A DNA stretch of 64,000 bases, taken from contig NC_087437.1 of the NCBI RefSeq assembly GCF_036321535.1, forward strand, positions 57,042,001-57,106,000. The letters run 5' to 3'. This document shows, in pieces, positions 47,880 to 60,958 of this stretch. This stretch comes from Camelus dromedarius (lineage: Eukaryota). The notes beneath the pieces are model-generated. The model was given only the letters and a program-made list of their open reading frames with translations. It did not search any database and was not told the origin of the DNA. The stretch's first letter is position 1, and the number at the start of each line of letters is the position of its first letter. The position numbers and the translations under genes are program-made.

Positions 47880-49980
47880 TTTTCAGAGATGTAATTGAGT
47901 CTCTGTAGCACATGAATAGAATTGTACAAGAACTAAAGAACTATATACTCAAGAATTAGACAATAGTATCTTTAATAATCTAATGCATGATAAAGGATAC
48001 ATCATAAATCAATGGTGGAGACATGAATTTAGTAAGTTGTCTTTACATATTAAGTCAATTATTAGGCTTAAAAATAGTTTAGAGTCTTACTCTACACCCT
48101 ATAAAATGTATATTTTTCAAAAAAGCAAATTAAAAATAACCAAAATACAATGCAGCTGAATTTGTATGTTAAACGTATGGTCAACATTATTCTTAATGAT
48201 GAGTCTATAGCAGCATCTCCTTTACAATCAGAAATGAATCAAATATAATCATAATCACTGTGGTTATTCAAAACTGTTCTGTCAGTTATTTTAAAAAATG
48301 CAAGAATTTAACCAAAGAAAGAGGAGAAGTGTACGTATTGGAAAAAAGAAAGCAAAATCATCACATTTCCAAATGGTGATTGTTTATGTAAAAAGTCTGT
48401 GGAATCAACTGGTAAAACAATTAGAACTAAGGAGAAACTTCAAGATGCTTCCAATTATAAAACAAGCATTCAGAAATTTAAAATTTTCTGTCTTAGCCAA
48501 AAGCAAAAAGAGAATAAATGGACAAGGTAAACAATATGAATTCCCCTAAGAATCAAATATCTAAAATATGTGAATAAACTCAAGAAAAATTATGTGGAAT
48601 CTATATGAATTTAACTACAGGTATTTTTTTAATGAACATAAAGTCAGATTAAACATTGAAAGTATTAACTCTCACCAACGTAATCTATTAAGTGCAAACA
48701 AGATTAACCAATTAACCTCAAAATACACTGAGAAGATAGGAATAATAAATATTACATATAAATTTGTATGTACACATGTCATATACATAGGCAAAATTCC
48801 TACCAAACATCAAAACATACTAAAGCTATAACTAAAATTGCGTGACATTGTTCAAGAGTAAGTAAATTGCTTAAGAGACAAAAGTTCAGAAGCAAACAGA
48901 ATGATATTTGACAAATAAAGTCACTGCTGTGCAGAGAGAAGTGACCCCTCCCAGTCCTTAACCCTATCAGCTAATCCTCACATCAAAAAGGAAAAACCAG
49001 TTCTCTGGCAACAGGGAAATTGATCTCAGAAGACAAGGGTGAAAGGCTATTGGTAAACATTTAGATAAATCTAAACAAATGTGTGTGTGTGTGACTGTAT
49101 GTGTAGATTAATTTTGAAAATATAAAAACAAGTTGAAATTGAATATAAGACAACAAAAAATATATAAGGTGGTAGAGATGACCAGATTTAAAGTTTACTG
49201 AGGTCTTTCGTTATAGGATAAAGTTAGATATATTGATAATTTTAGAACTCATCAAATCAAATATGCTTACTAAATTTTAAGTAAAAATTCTGAAATATAT
49301 ACTATATCATTATATTATTTATATATAAATATATAGAATATGTAACTCCCCAAAATCTGTATAGATAGACAAAAAGAAAATAAACTTGATCATTCTAGTC
49401 AAATGCAAGAAAGGAGTAAGAAAATGCTTAGAAAAGCTGAGTAAATAGCAAACATAAATCTATAAGTAAATCCAACTACATAAGTAATTATGATAAATTT
49501 AAAATAACTTCATATTTGTCATCACAGTCTGGTGTGTAGCCAATATTATCGAGTAAATAGTACATGCCAGGCACTATTCTAAGCACTTTGTGTGTCCTAA
49601 CTTATTTAACTCCTGTAATGACTTTTGTAGGTAGGTACAGTTGTGTTCCACTTTTGGGGGAGGACAGATGAATGGAGAATTTAGATATCAGGAAATAGAG
49701 GAAACTGGGTCTGAATTTCAGGTAGCATGGATCTAGACCCACTGTCCTTAATCACAATGCTCTACAGTAGCTCTGATAGAATTTTAAAACAAATGTGGTT
49801 CCTGAGACTGACATGTTTGTTGTATTTCCTTTAAAGTTGAGAATAGAGAAAGGATGCCTGCTATTAGAGCTTCTGTTAACATTGTTATCAGCTGTTTGAC
49901 AAGCCTGGTGGGAAAAAATAAATAAGGGCTACTAGGATTAGTAATGAAGAAACAATTTTGCCACTGTTCATTTAAAGAGA
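47880..49980 (+). mobile_element. Patchwork of highly degraded L1 (L1M/L1ME) ORF2 fragments with a MIR at ~49540-49770(-)
   Basis: 'tcaacattattcttaatgatgag...ctcctttacaatcagaa', 'attggaaaaaagaaagcaaaatcatcac', 'ttcctttaaagttgagaatagagaaaggatgcctgctatt'. Confidence 0.55.
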
Positions 49981-50793
49981 AAGAAGAGCATAATAGTTAA
50001 AAAAAAAAATAGAACAGACAAACAAAAAATGGAACCTAGAGCCAGATTCCTTGGTTTTGTAGCTCCACATGGGTCCTTTCCTGCTATGTAAATGTAGGCG
50101 GTTGCTTGGTTTTTCTGGGCATTTCTCCATATCAATGAAATGACACACTAATTATGCTTACTTTATAGGACTTTATGAGGATTAAATGATGCTCCTGTTT
50201 ACTAAAAAGGGAGTAATTCCACTTAGGCTATGTAAAAACTAAACATCTAACAATAATATATGTATTCAGGGCTAAAACCACATAGTCACTCTAATACCAA
50301 TACCAAGCTTATAGTTTTTATATCCTGGATCATTCTTTAATTAGCACATTTTAATATGTTCCTCGATTGTTTAGTTATTCTCTTCTGTTAAATGACTATT
50401 CATATCCTTAACTGCTTTTTTCTTAATTTGTTTTTCTTTCTTTACATATACTTTTCTTAAATATCTACACAATAGCTAAAAGATAAATGGATTCTGGATA
50501 CTGAGACTTTGTTTACTTTATATGTGCTCTTCTCTCAGTCTCTGGCTTTTCATTGTGTTTAGTGTTGTTTGACGGACGATGCTTATTTTAATTTAGGCAG
50601 GATTATCAAAATTCCTTTTTAGGGTTTGTGCTTTTTATATATGAAATGGATTATTCTATATTTCAAGGTCATACTCTTCATATTTTTCCATATTTTCTTC
50701 TAAAAGTTTAAAGATTTGCTTTCCCCATTCAGATCTTTTATCATCTCAAGAAATGACTTTTGTCTATGATGTAAGAAAACATTTTTTCCATAT

Positions 50794-51148
50794 TGTATAA
50801 AAAACTAATAGACAGTACCCTCAAATAAAACAGAGCCAAGAGGCCAGAAGGGAAAGCTGTCTTGCCCTACCATGATGGCACAGCCCAACAAGAAGAAAAA
50901 TACTCCCTCTTCTTGCCAGGCAGGAGCTCAGCCAGTGAGAGACAGTCACAACTTGGTCAATTAAAAGCCACGGAGGGGCCTTTGTTTACTGTAGCCCTAC
51001 CGGCTTCCTTTTCCCCTCAGTAGGAGTTCTCCTCTTCATTTTGTACGTGGCTATCATAGTTGCAGACCTTAAATTGCAATTTGCTGATCCTGAATAAACC
51101 TATTTTTGCAAGAGAAATAACTAGCAGTCTTTCTGTTTTAAGTCAACA
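50794..51148 (+). mobile_element. Solo ERV1-class LTR inserted in old L1
   Basis: TG...CA ends (tgtataaaaaa...agtcaaca), 'ctgaataaacc' polyA signal, flanks atat/atag. Host L1 sequence rejoins across it. Confidence 0.75.
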
Positions 51149-51364
51149 ATAGTAAACAGTTGCTTCGTCATAATTTGTTGAATGGTATATCTTTCCCTAG
51201 TAATTTAAAATATTCCAATGTTAATTTATTAAGTTTCTTTGTGTGAATTTGTTTTGAGTCACACTAGTCTGTCCCTTTGGTCTACTTGTCATCCCCTGTA
51301 CCAATGTCAAATTGTCTTAATAACCACAGCTTTATGGTAACCCTGGCTATATTATAGGTAAAGT

Positions 51365-51838
51365 TCTGTTTTATTCTGCATTTCCAAGAAGCAGAGCCTG
51401 AGTTAGAAAGCTTATATACTACAACTTTATTGGAGAATTCATTCCTAGGGAGAAGTGAGGGAGAAGTTAAGTGAGGCAGGGATAGGAGGGTGAACCCTTA
51501 AGGGTAACTGGCAGCCGGACTCTTTTCAAATAAGCAATATACATTGAGTCTCAGACAGTCCATGCAGGGGGGAAAACGAGACTTGATTTATTCATGAGGC
51601 ATTTATTCTCATGCAATTTTGTGTTGTCTGCGTGTTGAGGCTGAGCAGAGTCTGATGACTTGGCATAAACAGGGAAACCCTGAGTCAAGAGGCAAAAAGA
51701 ATATAGCAAATGTGTGAGCTGAGGCATGATCAGGTTGAGGCATATATATGGTGAGATGCAGATGCCTCAGATTTGGATGAAACAAAAGCCCAGGAGGCAA
51801 AGGGAATCTAGAGTGATGCACAGGTGTGGCTGATACAC
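51365..51838 (-). mobile_element. ERVL-class LTR (LTR33/LTR50/LTR16-like)
   Basis: 'ccaagaagcagagcctgag...actttattggaga...cctagggagaagtgag...gtgaggcaggga' is a reverse ERVL LTR 3' end. Ends 'ctgataca'. Confidence 0.6.
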
Positions 51839-52511
51839 ATTCCATCTTATTTTTCTTCTGCAAAATGTTCCTGGCTATTTTTGATTCGTTATGTTCAATA
51901 TGAATGTCAGAATAAGATTATCAAAGAGTACGGTTTTGATTTTGATTGGAATTATAATAAATTGATAGATTTCTCTGAGGAAAATTGTCACTTTATGGTG
52001 TGTTGTCTTTTATATGGTTCCTGTAAAAAATCCTTCCACATATTTTGGTTTTATTAATTGTGTTTTTTTAATGTTTTACCACATTCATCTCTGAAGAGTT
52101 GCAAACTTCTGTATATTATTCCCACAAATCTGTTGGGTTTTTTTTGCCACTTTATGTTTTATCCAGAATACATTTGCATATTAGAATCTATAAGAAGAAA
52201 ACAGTCTAAGAAAATATGGTTAAGGTTCATATCAGAGGATAACTAACTGGTCAAGTGACATGGAAAGATGCTTATGCTTCCTAGAATAGCTTACACTTAA
52301 CAAGATAACATTTCACCCGTACCATGCATACATTTAAAACCTGACAGTAATATGTTCAGTTAAGAATGAAACCAAACACATGATAATTCCGTTGATGGAG
52401 CATACACTGATAAATACATTTAGACAAATTTGGCAAGTTCTAGTAAAGTCAAAGACATGAAAAAAATGTACAGAGAAACATACATATGATTAAAAAACAT
52501 AAACAGGGTGA

Positions 52512-52600
52512 AGGAGGGTATAGATCAGTGGTAGAGTGCATGCCTGGCATGTGCAAAGTCCTGGGTTCAATCCCTAGTACCTCCAGTAAAATAAAAATAA
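52512..52600 (+). mobile_element. tRNA-Ala-derived SINE (camelid Vic-1-like)
   Basis: GGAGGGTATAGATCAGTGGTAGAGTGCATGCCTGGCATGTGCAAAGTCCTGGGTTCAATCCCTAGTACCTCCA followed by an A-rich tail. A-box at 52521-52531, B-box GGTTCAATCCC at 52564-52574. Confidence 0.88.
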
Positions 52601-52895
52601 GAGATTTCCTGTATGCACTCTGCCCCAACACATGCATAATCTCCTCCATTATCAATATCCCCCACTAAAGTGGTACATACATAACAATTGATGAACCTAC
52701 CTTGACACATCATAATCACCCCAAATCTGTAGTTTATATTATGGTTCACTATCGGTGTTAACACATTCTGTGGATCGGGCAAATGTATAATGACATGTAT
52801 GTACCCATCATTATGGTATCATGCAGAGTATTCTCACTGCCCTGTAAATCCTCTGTGCTATGCCTGTTCATCCCTCCCTGACCCAAACCCTGGAA
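52600..52895 (-). mobile_element. L1MC1/L1MC2-type 3' UTR fragment
   Basis: 'ccattatcaatatcccccac..agtggtacat...attgatgaacctac.ttgacacatcataatcacc...aaatgtataatgacatgtat...aaatcctctgtgct'. Confidence 0.85.
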
Positions 52896-54399
52896 ATATT
52901 TTTTTCAAGGTATTTATTATCTTTGATAAGGGTTAGAGTTTTGGTAAAATTATATAACATCTGTCAAATCAAAGTGTTCTGTAAGTGCTTAAAATCAATC
53001 ATCTAAATATATATATATATATGAAGAGATCATAAAATTACAGAAAAATTACTTGTCTGTTAACATTCTAGCCAGCCTAACATTTTATGCCGACCAATAA
53101 CATGACTTAACTAACATATTCAGAATACACTTTGTTCTTTATTACTAAAAATATCAATAATATTTCAGAATATTTTAGAATACCAAGTGTATTATGCATA
53201 AACTTAGCATCAATTTTAGTTACATGGGAAGCAGTCTTTGAGTATATAATTATACAGCACTGGAGAAACACAAGTATTTGTTTTAGAATGACAGACCTCC
53301 AGGTCTTCAGTAAGCTTCAAACCTCCAGGGAGAGCAGATAAGTAAGTAAATCAAAGGGATGCCCAGCTTCTAAAATGGGGAATTGGAGCTGAATGTTTCA
53401 GGATATTTCTTGATGTAACAAAACAGGCGTCTGTCACATATGTGATCGTGACAGTCCTCCAGATAGTTTCTCTTGGATTGTGTCGTCTTGGTGACCCTGT
53501 ACCTCACTCTATTTCTCTTTTTACTGAATGCTTTAAAACCTGTTTCTTTCCCACAGTTGCTGCATAATTCCTTAAATAGCTTTAGAAACTTTCAAGAAGA
53601 AAGAAGCTAAATGAAGAGATTAATGAGGGGCTGTTTGTGAAATTCTTAGAGCTCCTTCAATGGCAGGTGTGATAAATTACACACATTATCACTCTGATGA
53701 TCATGCAGCAAACCATTATTACAGCTTAATGTAGACTATCTCATTATGCAAGCACTACTTGAATTTGAACGTACTTTAGCAGAAAATATAAGCTGTTCAC
53801 ATAATTCCAACCAAATAGGCATTTCTCTAGATAGAGGAAAGGCTTTCATTTAAAGGCATCCACCGTGTTTACTATCAAATGGCTCAGTTATATTTTACTC
53901 CTGCATGGAGAAACCCATAACCTAAGTCTCATGTATATAGGAAATAAATTAACTCCTAACTGCTTCTGTGTTTATAATGACCCAATTTTGGTGAAATTCA
54001 TATATATGATGCATTCCTTAAATAAAGCCACTGCTAAAACAACACTGAAAGCCAAAAAGCTTAAAAGCAGATATATGACATTATAAGACAGTGAGAAGAT
54101 TTTATAAGGAATAAATCACATAAATGAGCAATTGTGTTTAGTCTGTGTTATATTGTCAATGTTCTTTTATGAGTAAAGTGATTTTATTAATATCTAAGGG
54201 AAACTGTGGTACTCTACACTATTTGCATTGAATTCTAGTTTTTAAACTGTATTTTCAAACATCATTATTTAAAACATTACAATATTTCTTGCTTCTTTAA
54301 AATAAAGGAAGTTCTGTGCAACATAGACCAATTGAATATGAATTAGAGACGTAAACTCCATGCTAATTTCTTACCAGATATTCTTATTCTTCCACTGTT

Positions 54400-54830
54400 T
54401 ATCCCAGATACGAAAATTGAACATCATCTCCAGTGCTCCAAAGCTTCAGTCGTTTCCTACCTAGACGATTATAAAATTCTTTTAACTAGTCTCCTTGCTT
54501 CTACTCCTGCCTTCTTACATTCATTATCCACAGAGTTATCAGAGCAAACTTTTAAAAACATAAATTGGACTGGCTACTCACTTGAATAAAACACTTCAGT
54601 GAATTTCCTCTGTAAATGGAAAAACTATTTCCTCCATGGCCTCCATGGCTCCAAGGGGAGCACAGTCTTACTCCTTTTGACCTTTCTGATGTCCCCTCTC
54701 ACTGCCCCTTTCACCTCATTCACACTGGACTTTTTTCTATCCATTGAAAATTCCAGGCTTATTCTGTTTCCAGAATCATGGCCTCCCTCCTGGTTTTGGT
54801 AGGGCTGCCTCCTTCACTTATTTCTTAGTC
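54400..54830 (+). mobile_element. L2 fragment
   Basis: 'ttaactagtctccttgcttctactcctgcc...ccacagag..tcagag...tttaaaaacataaatt'. Confidence 0.6.
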
Positions 54831-55599
54831 CAATATATCGTCTTCTTAGCCAAATATTTCCTTGCTAAGATTCATTGTTGTGCTAGATTACAATTTATTT
54901 AGAGCTGCTACAGCTTTTGCAGACCCCAAATAAAAGATAATAGCATTTTTGACTATATTTGACTAATTTGACTATATTCTGAGATAATGAAATTTGTTCT
55001 TTCTACATAGATGTAAAATCCAAATCTTAATAATTACCCAAAATACTCACATATTTATTGAGTCATATGAAATTAATGAATGCACTAATTACATTAACAA
55101 ATAAGGAAATACTAGGAATCCAAATTCACGCCTAGATCTAACCAATAATGTACAGTTTAGTTGCAAAGACTTCTTAATCTAAATGATTACCTTTTTAGCC
55201 TGGAAAAAAAACAAAATAAAACTAAATAAACTAACAAAAAGTTTTTCTTATTGTTATTATTAGCTGGCCTTTTTATTTGTTGCAGTTTCTATCATACAAG
55301 AAAACAGATGTTTCTTAACAGGTGTAAGTAGGTAGATTTGGAAACCTGCAAACACTGAAAGCTTTTATGTCTCTTTTCTAAGGAGGATAGTGGAGAGAAA
55401 TTATAGTGCCCATTTTTTTTTAAAAGTCTTTCTTGGCACCTGCTTTTACAGTCTACTGCTATTTTCATTTTTCTTCCCATAAGCTAGTTGACTGAATAAA
55501 TAAATAATAAAGAAATGCAATTTATTTTTATTTCCTTCTTCAAAATTGAACTCCCCTAGAGGGAAAATGCTCAGTTGTCCAGTGGTCTGTGTAATAATC

Positions 55600-56660
55600 T
55601 CACTCTACCTATCCCATCTGTCCTTTCATTTCCATCGCCCTGTTCTAGTTCAAGCTCTCGTTATGTTTTTTCTTGTTTTGCAGAAGAGTCCTAAATGAAC
55701 TACATACCTAGATATTTTTTCTCACTATGGTCTCTCATAAATAACATCTCTAAAGTAATATGTTAAACCAAAGACTTAATCAGGGTAGGTGGAATGGAAC
55801 AAACCCTGGACCCCAAATCAGGAGACCTGCTTTCATAGTACTCCTCGCACTTACAAGCTGCTTTACCCTTTCAGGTTATCTCTTTTCTGAAGATTTGTGT
55901 CCTCAACTCTCCAATCTTTTTCTCAGACCCACTGACAGAATTAAATAAGATAATGTATACCTAATTTCTAAGAATGATCCTGATACTAAATAAACACTAC
56001 ACAATTGCTGTTTAACGTTTCTCCCCTAGGTAAAAGCATCAGTGACTTCCCATTATTAAGAAAACAAATTCCAAAAGTCTGTGAACGGCATTCAAATACT
56101 GCCAAAAGCTGGCACCAACATATTGTTCAGTGCACTTGTCTCTGCATATTCAGTCCTTTCAGAACCTGTACGTGGTTTCTGCACGCGCCTTACATTCCCA
56201 TCCTTTATGTCATTTCTTGCATAGTTTCCTGTATCTGAAATGTCTTTCTCCATCCTTCTCTACTGATTGAAATGTTGCTCATTTATCTCTTTCAGAACTT
56301 TGTGTGGAAAGCTTTCCAGATCTCCTTTCAAGATGGTAGAAGGCAGTATGTTGTTATCTATGTAATAGTCTATATTTCTGTGTCATCAAATACCATAGAT
56401 TGTCTGACCATACTGATTGACTACATACAGCAGATTGTATAGACCATAGATAGAAATACCATACTGACTGATTAGACAACCAGTGATGCTCGAGCCTGCA
56501 TCAGAGGAAGCTTTTTCCTCCTTCAGTATACCCAGGCGATGGGTTCCCTAAAGGCAAAGCCCAGGTCTTGAGCCTATTTCCCTTCCACAGCATACTGTAC
56601 ACCCATTAACAGAACCTTGTGGAAATCTTGCTACTTAGTGTACATTGAATTTGTGAAAGA
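55600..56660 (+). mobile_element. Fragmented L2 with a MIR inserted at ~55780-56000
   Basis: 'gttctagttcaagctctc', 'tcagtgacttcccatt...aaattccaaa', MIR 'ccctggaccccaaatcaggagacctg...aattaaataagataatgtat'. Confidence 0.55.
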
Positions 56661-56819
56661 TAAAATTCTTGTATATGAGTGCTAGTATGCATATGTATGA
56701 GTGTGGGTGCTGTGTGTGTGTATGTGTGTGTGTGTATGCACTTGAATGCTTAAGGGGATACGGAGGTAGTGTTGGAGTGCACTGTTACAAATAGTGATCT
56801 TTATTAGTTCCTCCAAAAA

Positions 56820-57210
56820 CTCATCTATCCATTAAATCAACATATAACTGCTGAGTGCTTAATCTGTGCCAGGCACTGTGGTAAACCACCAGGGATACAG
56901 TTAGGAGCAAGACACAGCCTCTGACATCATGATGCTTACATTTTAGTAGGGGGTAGATAGAAAATAAACAGGTAGACAAGTAAATGCAAATTATGGTGTT
57001 AGGATTAGATAAGCATTATAAAGAAAGTAAGATAAAATAAAGGGGTAGAAACTGACACGTTGTTATTTAAAAATGGGTGGTTAGGGAAGGCCCACTTAAG
57101 AAGTGACATTTGTTGAGCAGGGACATGAGTGAGGTGAGGTGTTGAGCCAGGTAAGTTGAGCCATGCCTAGAATATTTCTAGGCAGAGGAAACAGCAACTG
57201 CAGAGGTTTC
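56820..57210 (-). mobile_element. L2 3' end
   Basis: 'ctgagtgcttaatctgtgccaggcactgtg...gggatacag...gcttacattttagtaggg...ctaggcagaggaaacagcaactgcagagg'. Confidence 0.85.
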
Positions 57211-57599
57211 AGAAGGAAAAAAAAAAAAAGAATAACTCGAGCTAGTCTTTCCTAGGAACTAGTTTAGCCTGTCCTTAGAAGTGAAATCATTGTTAGTGTT
57301 TCTTCAGCAAAGACAAAGTGTTTTAATTATTTCTTTAACACAATAATATTATTTCTCTCAAGATTCTTCATTTTTCAAGTGGGGTTCAACTAGGGGAACA
57401 TTTAAGCTATTTCTGTGATTTAAATGCTTCTTTGTTCTCTTAGCTTCATTTTTTTTTTCATCTGGATAATGGGTGTAATACTTTTATCTCATGAATTTTT
57501 TAAAATTTATATATATATGGTTAGGACACTAGAAAGTGAAACTGTTGTTATTATTGTTATTATTATTAGTAGTAGTAGTATTTCTCTTGATTTCTTCCT

Positions 57600-57785
57600 T
57601 TCTTTTTTGAGTAAGGGTAGATTTATTCAGACAGACATCTACTCTATAGACAGAGTGCAGGCTGTTTCAGAAGGCAAGAGAAAGGCCACCAGGTGTGAGG
57701 GTTGGGTACTCAGTTTAAAGTAAAAGTAGACACACACTCCGTGGGCAGAGTGTGGGCTGTCTCGCTTAGAAGGGAGAGCGGTCTT
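57600..57785 (-). mobile_element. ERV1-class LTR fragment
   Basis: 'gtagatttattcaga' (reverse AATAAA) and an internal repeat 'ctctatagacagagtgcaggctgtttc' / 'ctccgtgggcagagtgtgggctgtctc'. Confidence 0.55.
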
Positions 57786-57891
57786 TTTCTTGATACCTGA
57801 AGCAGTGACTGCCTGGCCCTTCCTGCTTCAGTTATCACTCTTAATTTTGAAGCAATACTATAAAACTCTCAAATAACAGCAGTCATGAATA

Positions 57892-58428
57892 TGTTGCAGA
57901 GTTAGATTCTTTCTTCCTTACTAACTCCAGCACATCAAGAAAAGAGGATCCTTTGGGGAACATTAAGAGGGGTTCATAAGGTGGACTCAGACTTTTGCTT
58001 GCTGTACAATCACAGGAAGGGATCCACAGGCAGACCATGTTGCTGTGTTGGAGGGGCCCACCAAGAGGATGTGACTGCCCGTTGACCCAGGCGATTGGAG
58101 GCTTGTTACTCCCTCCTGTGTCCTTGGGATGTACATTCTGCCCACTGTTCAGCACTAGGAGCTACTTCACCTTGAGAGAGTAATGTGTTATTGAGACCAT
58201 CTGGACTGTACACGGCCTCTATGTAAACTTTTAAGATTCTGGCAGATACGGAGATCTACTGGTCTTGTGGCCACTCAAGATGAGCCTCATATGTAAGTTC
58301 CCTTGCTTACAAACCTGCCACCTGCCAGTTTGGATTGGTCTGCCCCTTTCTTCCATTTCTCCTTGCCATCCTAGTACAAGGGCCAATTTCGAGTTTTACT
58401 GGGAAACTCCTGAGGTTGTGAACAAACG
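57892..58428 (+). mobile_element. Probable ERV LTR
   Basis: TG start, raised GC, LTR-like U3/R blocks 'ccttgggatgtacattctg...tatgtaagttcccttgcttacaaacctgccacc'. Confidence 0.5.
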
Positions 58429-58881
58429 TACTAGCTATGGTTTGGGAGGCTTAGAGGAGAATAAAGCAGTTGTTCAACCTAGAGCAATCAGCCACCTTCA
58501 CTTAAGCGTTTGGCTGGAAGACTGGCTTGGGAAGACAGTGGCCCAGCTGGGATGTTGCACATGGCTGGTCTCCAAACCAGATTCTCAGCAGGAATTTCAC
58601 ACACACAAGCACAAAGGAGCACTCTTGAAAATTCTGTGAAAGAGCTGCTAATATTGTCTTAACTGGCTTTCACTTGGTAGCCTGTCTTCTGGATAAATGT
58701 CAAATTAATGGGATAATTACTTGAGAATGAACCCAGTGCCCAGTGTTAGCTTTTGGGAAGGCAGGTTTATTTTTTTAATCTGTGCTGGCTTCATAATCTT
58801 ATAGAAATGATGTCAATCTCAGATTCTGAAAAATATTCAAATAAATAAAGTAAGATACTAAACTAAATGGGCTGTTTCTCC

Positions 58882-59511
58882 TGTCCTTGAACTCAGGTTC
58901 AGCTCCTCGCCTACAGCAGGTATAAGTCGAGTGACAGGGTTTGAAGCAAGGAAGGAAACTTTATTTGAGAAAGCTGTTTAACCCAGAAAATGTGGGCTAG
59001 TATCTTAAAAAAAAAATAACATAAAAGCAGGCAAAGAGCTTTTAAAGAGAAAGGCACAACAAAGGAGCAAAAGAGGGAAGGGATGTTGGTGGTTGATCTT
59101 CAGCTCTGCTGTCTTGTGAAAGTCCCGTTGCTGCCTACGTGATGCAGGAGATGTTGTTAGCAGCCTTGAGTTCTCACATGCATCAGCCTCTGTGGAATGT
59201 TTCTTAAAAATGTCTAAGATTAGGTTAGTTAATTTCAAAGACAGCCACTGTGGTCTAAGGTGAATGAGGGGTGCTTTCCAGAATTTGGACAAGGAGCTGC
59301 CCCTCCTGCCCATAGATGAAAACCTTTAGTTGCAGGCTTTTTATCTTTGCCTCTTTTAAGGCTGAGCAGACTTGGGCAGGTCCTGCAAAATTTGTTAGCT
59401 TAAATCAGGTCATACTGACTCTCAGAGGCCCAAGTGGAAAGGAAAGGAGAGGAAAGAAAACATAGAAATCAAGAAAGGCTTTTTGTACCCGGGAGGACCT
59501 CACAGGGTACA
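58882..59511 (-). mobile_element. Solo ERV1-class LTR
   Basis: tgtccttgaactcaggttcagctcctcgcc...cagggtaca termini, reverse polyA signal 'actttatttg'. Confidence 0.7.
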
Positions 59512-60958
59512 TTCTGTCCTTCCTTCCCTCCTTCCCTTCTTTCCCTTTTAGTACCTACTGTGTGCCATACACTATGCTGTGGAATAAAAAAAGACAAAAA
59601 GGCAAGTTAACCTAGGTACTTTTTGATAGTCACCTAGCAACCTAGTGGAGAATACAGACATGCATATGCTAAATAAAGAATATTGTAACCATGCTGTAAT
59701 AGAAATCAACAAAGTTTTTTTTTTTCCAACAAAGTATTTTGAAAATATACACAGTGCAAGACAGCCAGGAGTGTGTGTCTTGACCACTGCTTTTTACTCC
59801 ATTGTTTAGCAAGGTGAGGATGATACACAGAAGGTGTTTCAAAAGTAGAATGAGGGAATATTTTGTGTAGCTTTGTGTAAGAGATGGGTGAAAAATGAAT
59901 GAAAAGTAACAAAGGAGGTTATATTCAAACTTGGATATGAAGGTATTTCTTTTTTAACCTGTTTTCTCTGTGAAAAGAATGTAGAGACTTCAAACTTTTT
60001 CTCCTATAATGACCCCACCTTCTAGTACTGGCTGTAATTCTTGCTGGCAGTGTATGAGAGGTCCAGTTGCTCTACGTACCAACACTTGATTTTTTCAGTC
60101 TTTATTTAATCACAGTCATTTGTTGTGTAGTGTGATTGTTTGGTTTTAATTTGCTTTCTGCTGATGACTAATGATGTTGAAATCTTTTCAAATACTTATT
60201 GGCCATTTGTGTATCTTCTTGGCTGTTTGTTTGTTTGTTTTTCCAATTCTTTTACCCATTTTTACCAGGTTATTTTAATTTTAATTTTTTAGTTATAAGG
60301 GTTCTTCATATCTTCTGGATATGTGTCCTTTGTCAGATATATGTGTTGGAAGTATTGTTTCTCAGTCTGTGGGATGCTCTTTGCTCTTATTAACAGTGAT
60401 TTCAAGGAGCAAATGTTTAGTTTTGATTAAGTTCAGTTTATCAATGTTTTTTGTAATGGTTTATGCTCATGTTCTATGAAAACTTTTCTTAACCTCTCTA
60501 GAAATGCTAATACTTTAGGTTGTAGATTTAGGTCTATACACAATTTCCACTGTATGGTATGAAATAAAGATCTCTTATTTTAAAAATTCATAAGGAAATC
60601 TAATTGTTCCAGCGATATTTATTTAAAAAAATTTCTTTTAGCTATTGAATTTTCTCAGCACCTTTCTCAAAAATCAACTGAATTTGTACAGGTCTATTTT
60701 TGAATGCTAGATTTTTGTTCCATTGTTCCATTGTTCCATACACTTAAATTTTTGCCACTCCCAAGTGTCTTCGTTTCTGTTTAAACCTTGAAATCAAGTA
60801 TGTAAGTATTCTGTTTTTCTTTTTAAGAAAGTGCTTAGCAAGATAATGCCAGGTCCTTTGCATTTTTATACAAATTTTTATCAGCTTGTGGTATTTAGTA
60901 ACAACAACAAAAAAAAGCCCACAAGTTTTAGATAGGAATTCCATTGAAAGTGTAGATC

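Larger units (their letters stand above)
50330..52130 (-). mobile_element. Degraded old L1 ORF2 region, interrupted by two LTRs
   Basis: 'ttttcttctaaaagtttaaagatttgc...attcagatcttt', 'ctgtaccaatgtcaaattgtcttaataaccacagctttat', 'tttgattggaatt'. Confidence 0.6.

Noticed and set aside
52512..52585. Functional tRNA-Ala gene
   Set aside because: The A-box and stems are mutated and it has an A-rich retroposon tail, so a SINE explains it better.
58265..58639. 124-aa ORF
   Set aside because: It starts at TTG inside a probable LTR and has no recognisable homology.
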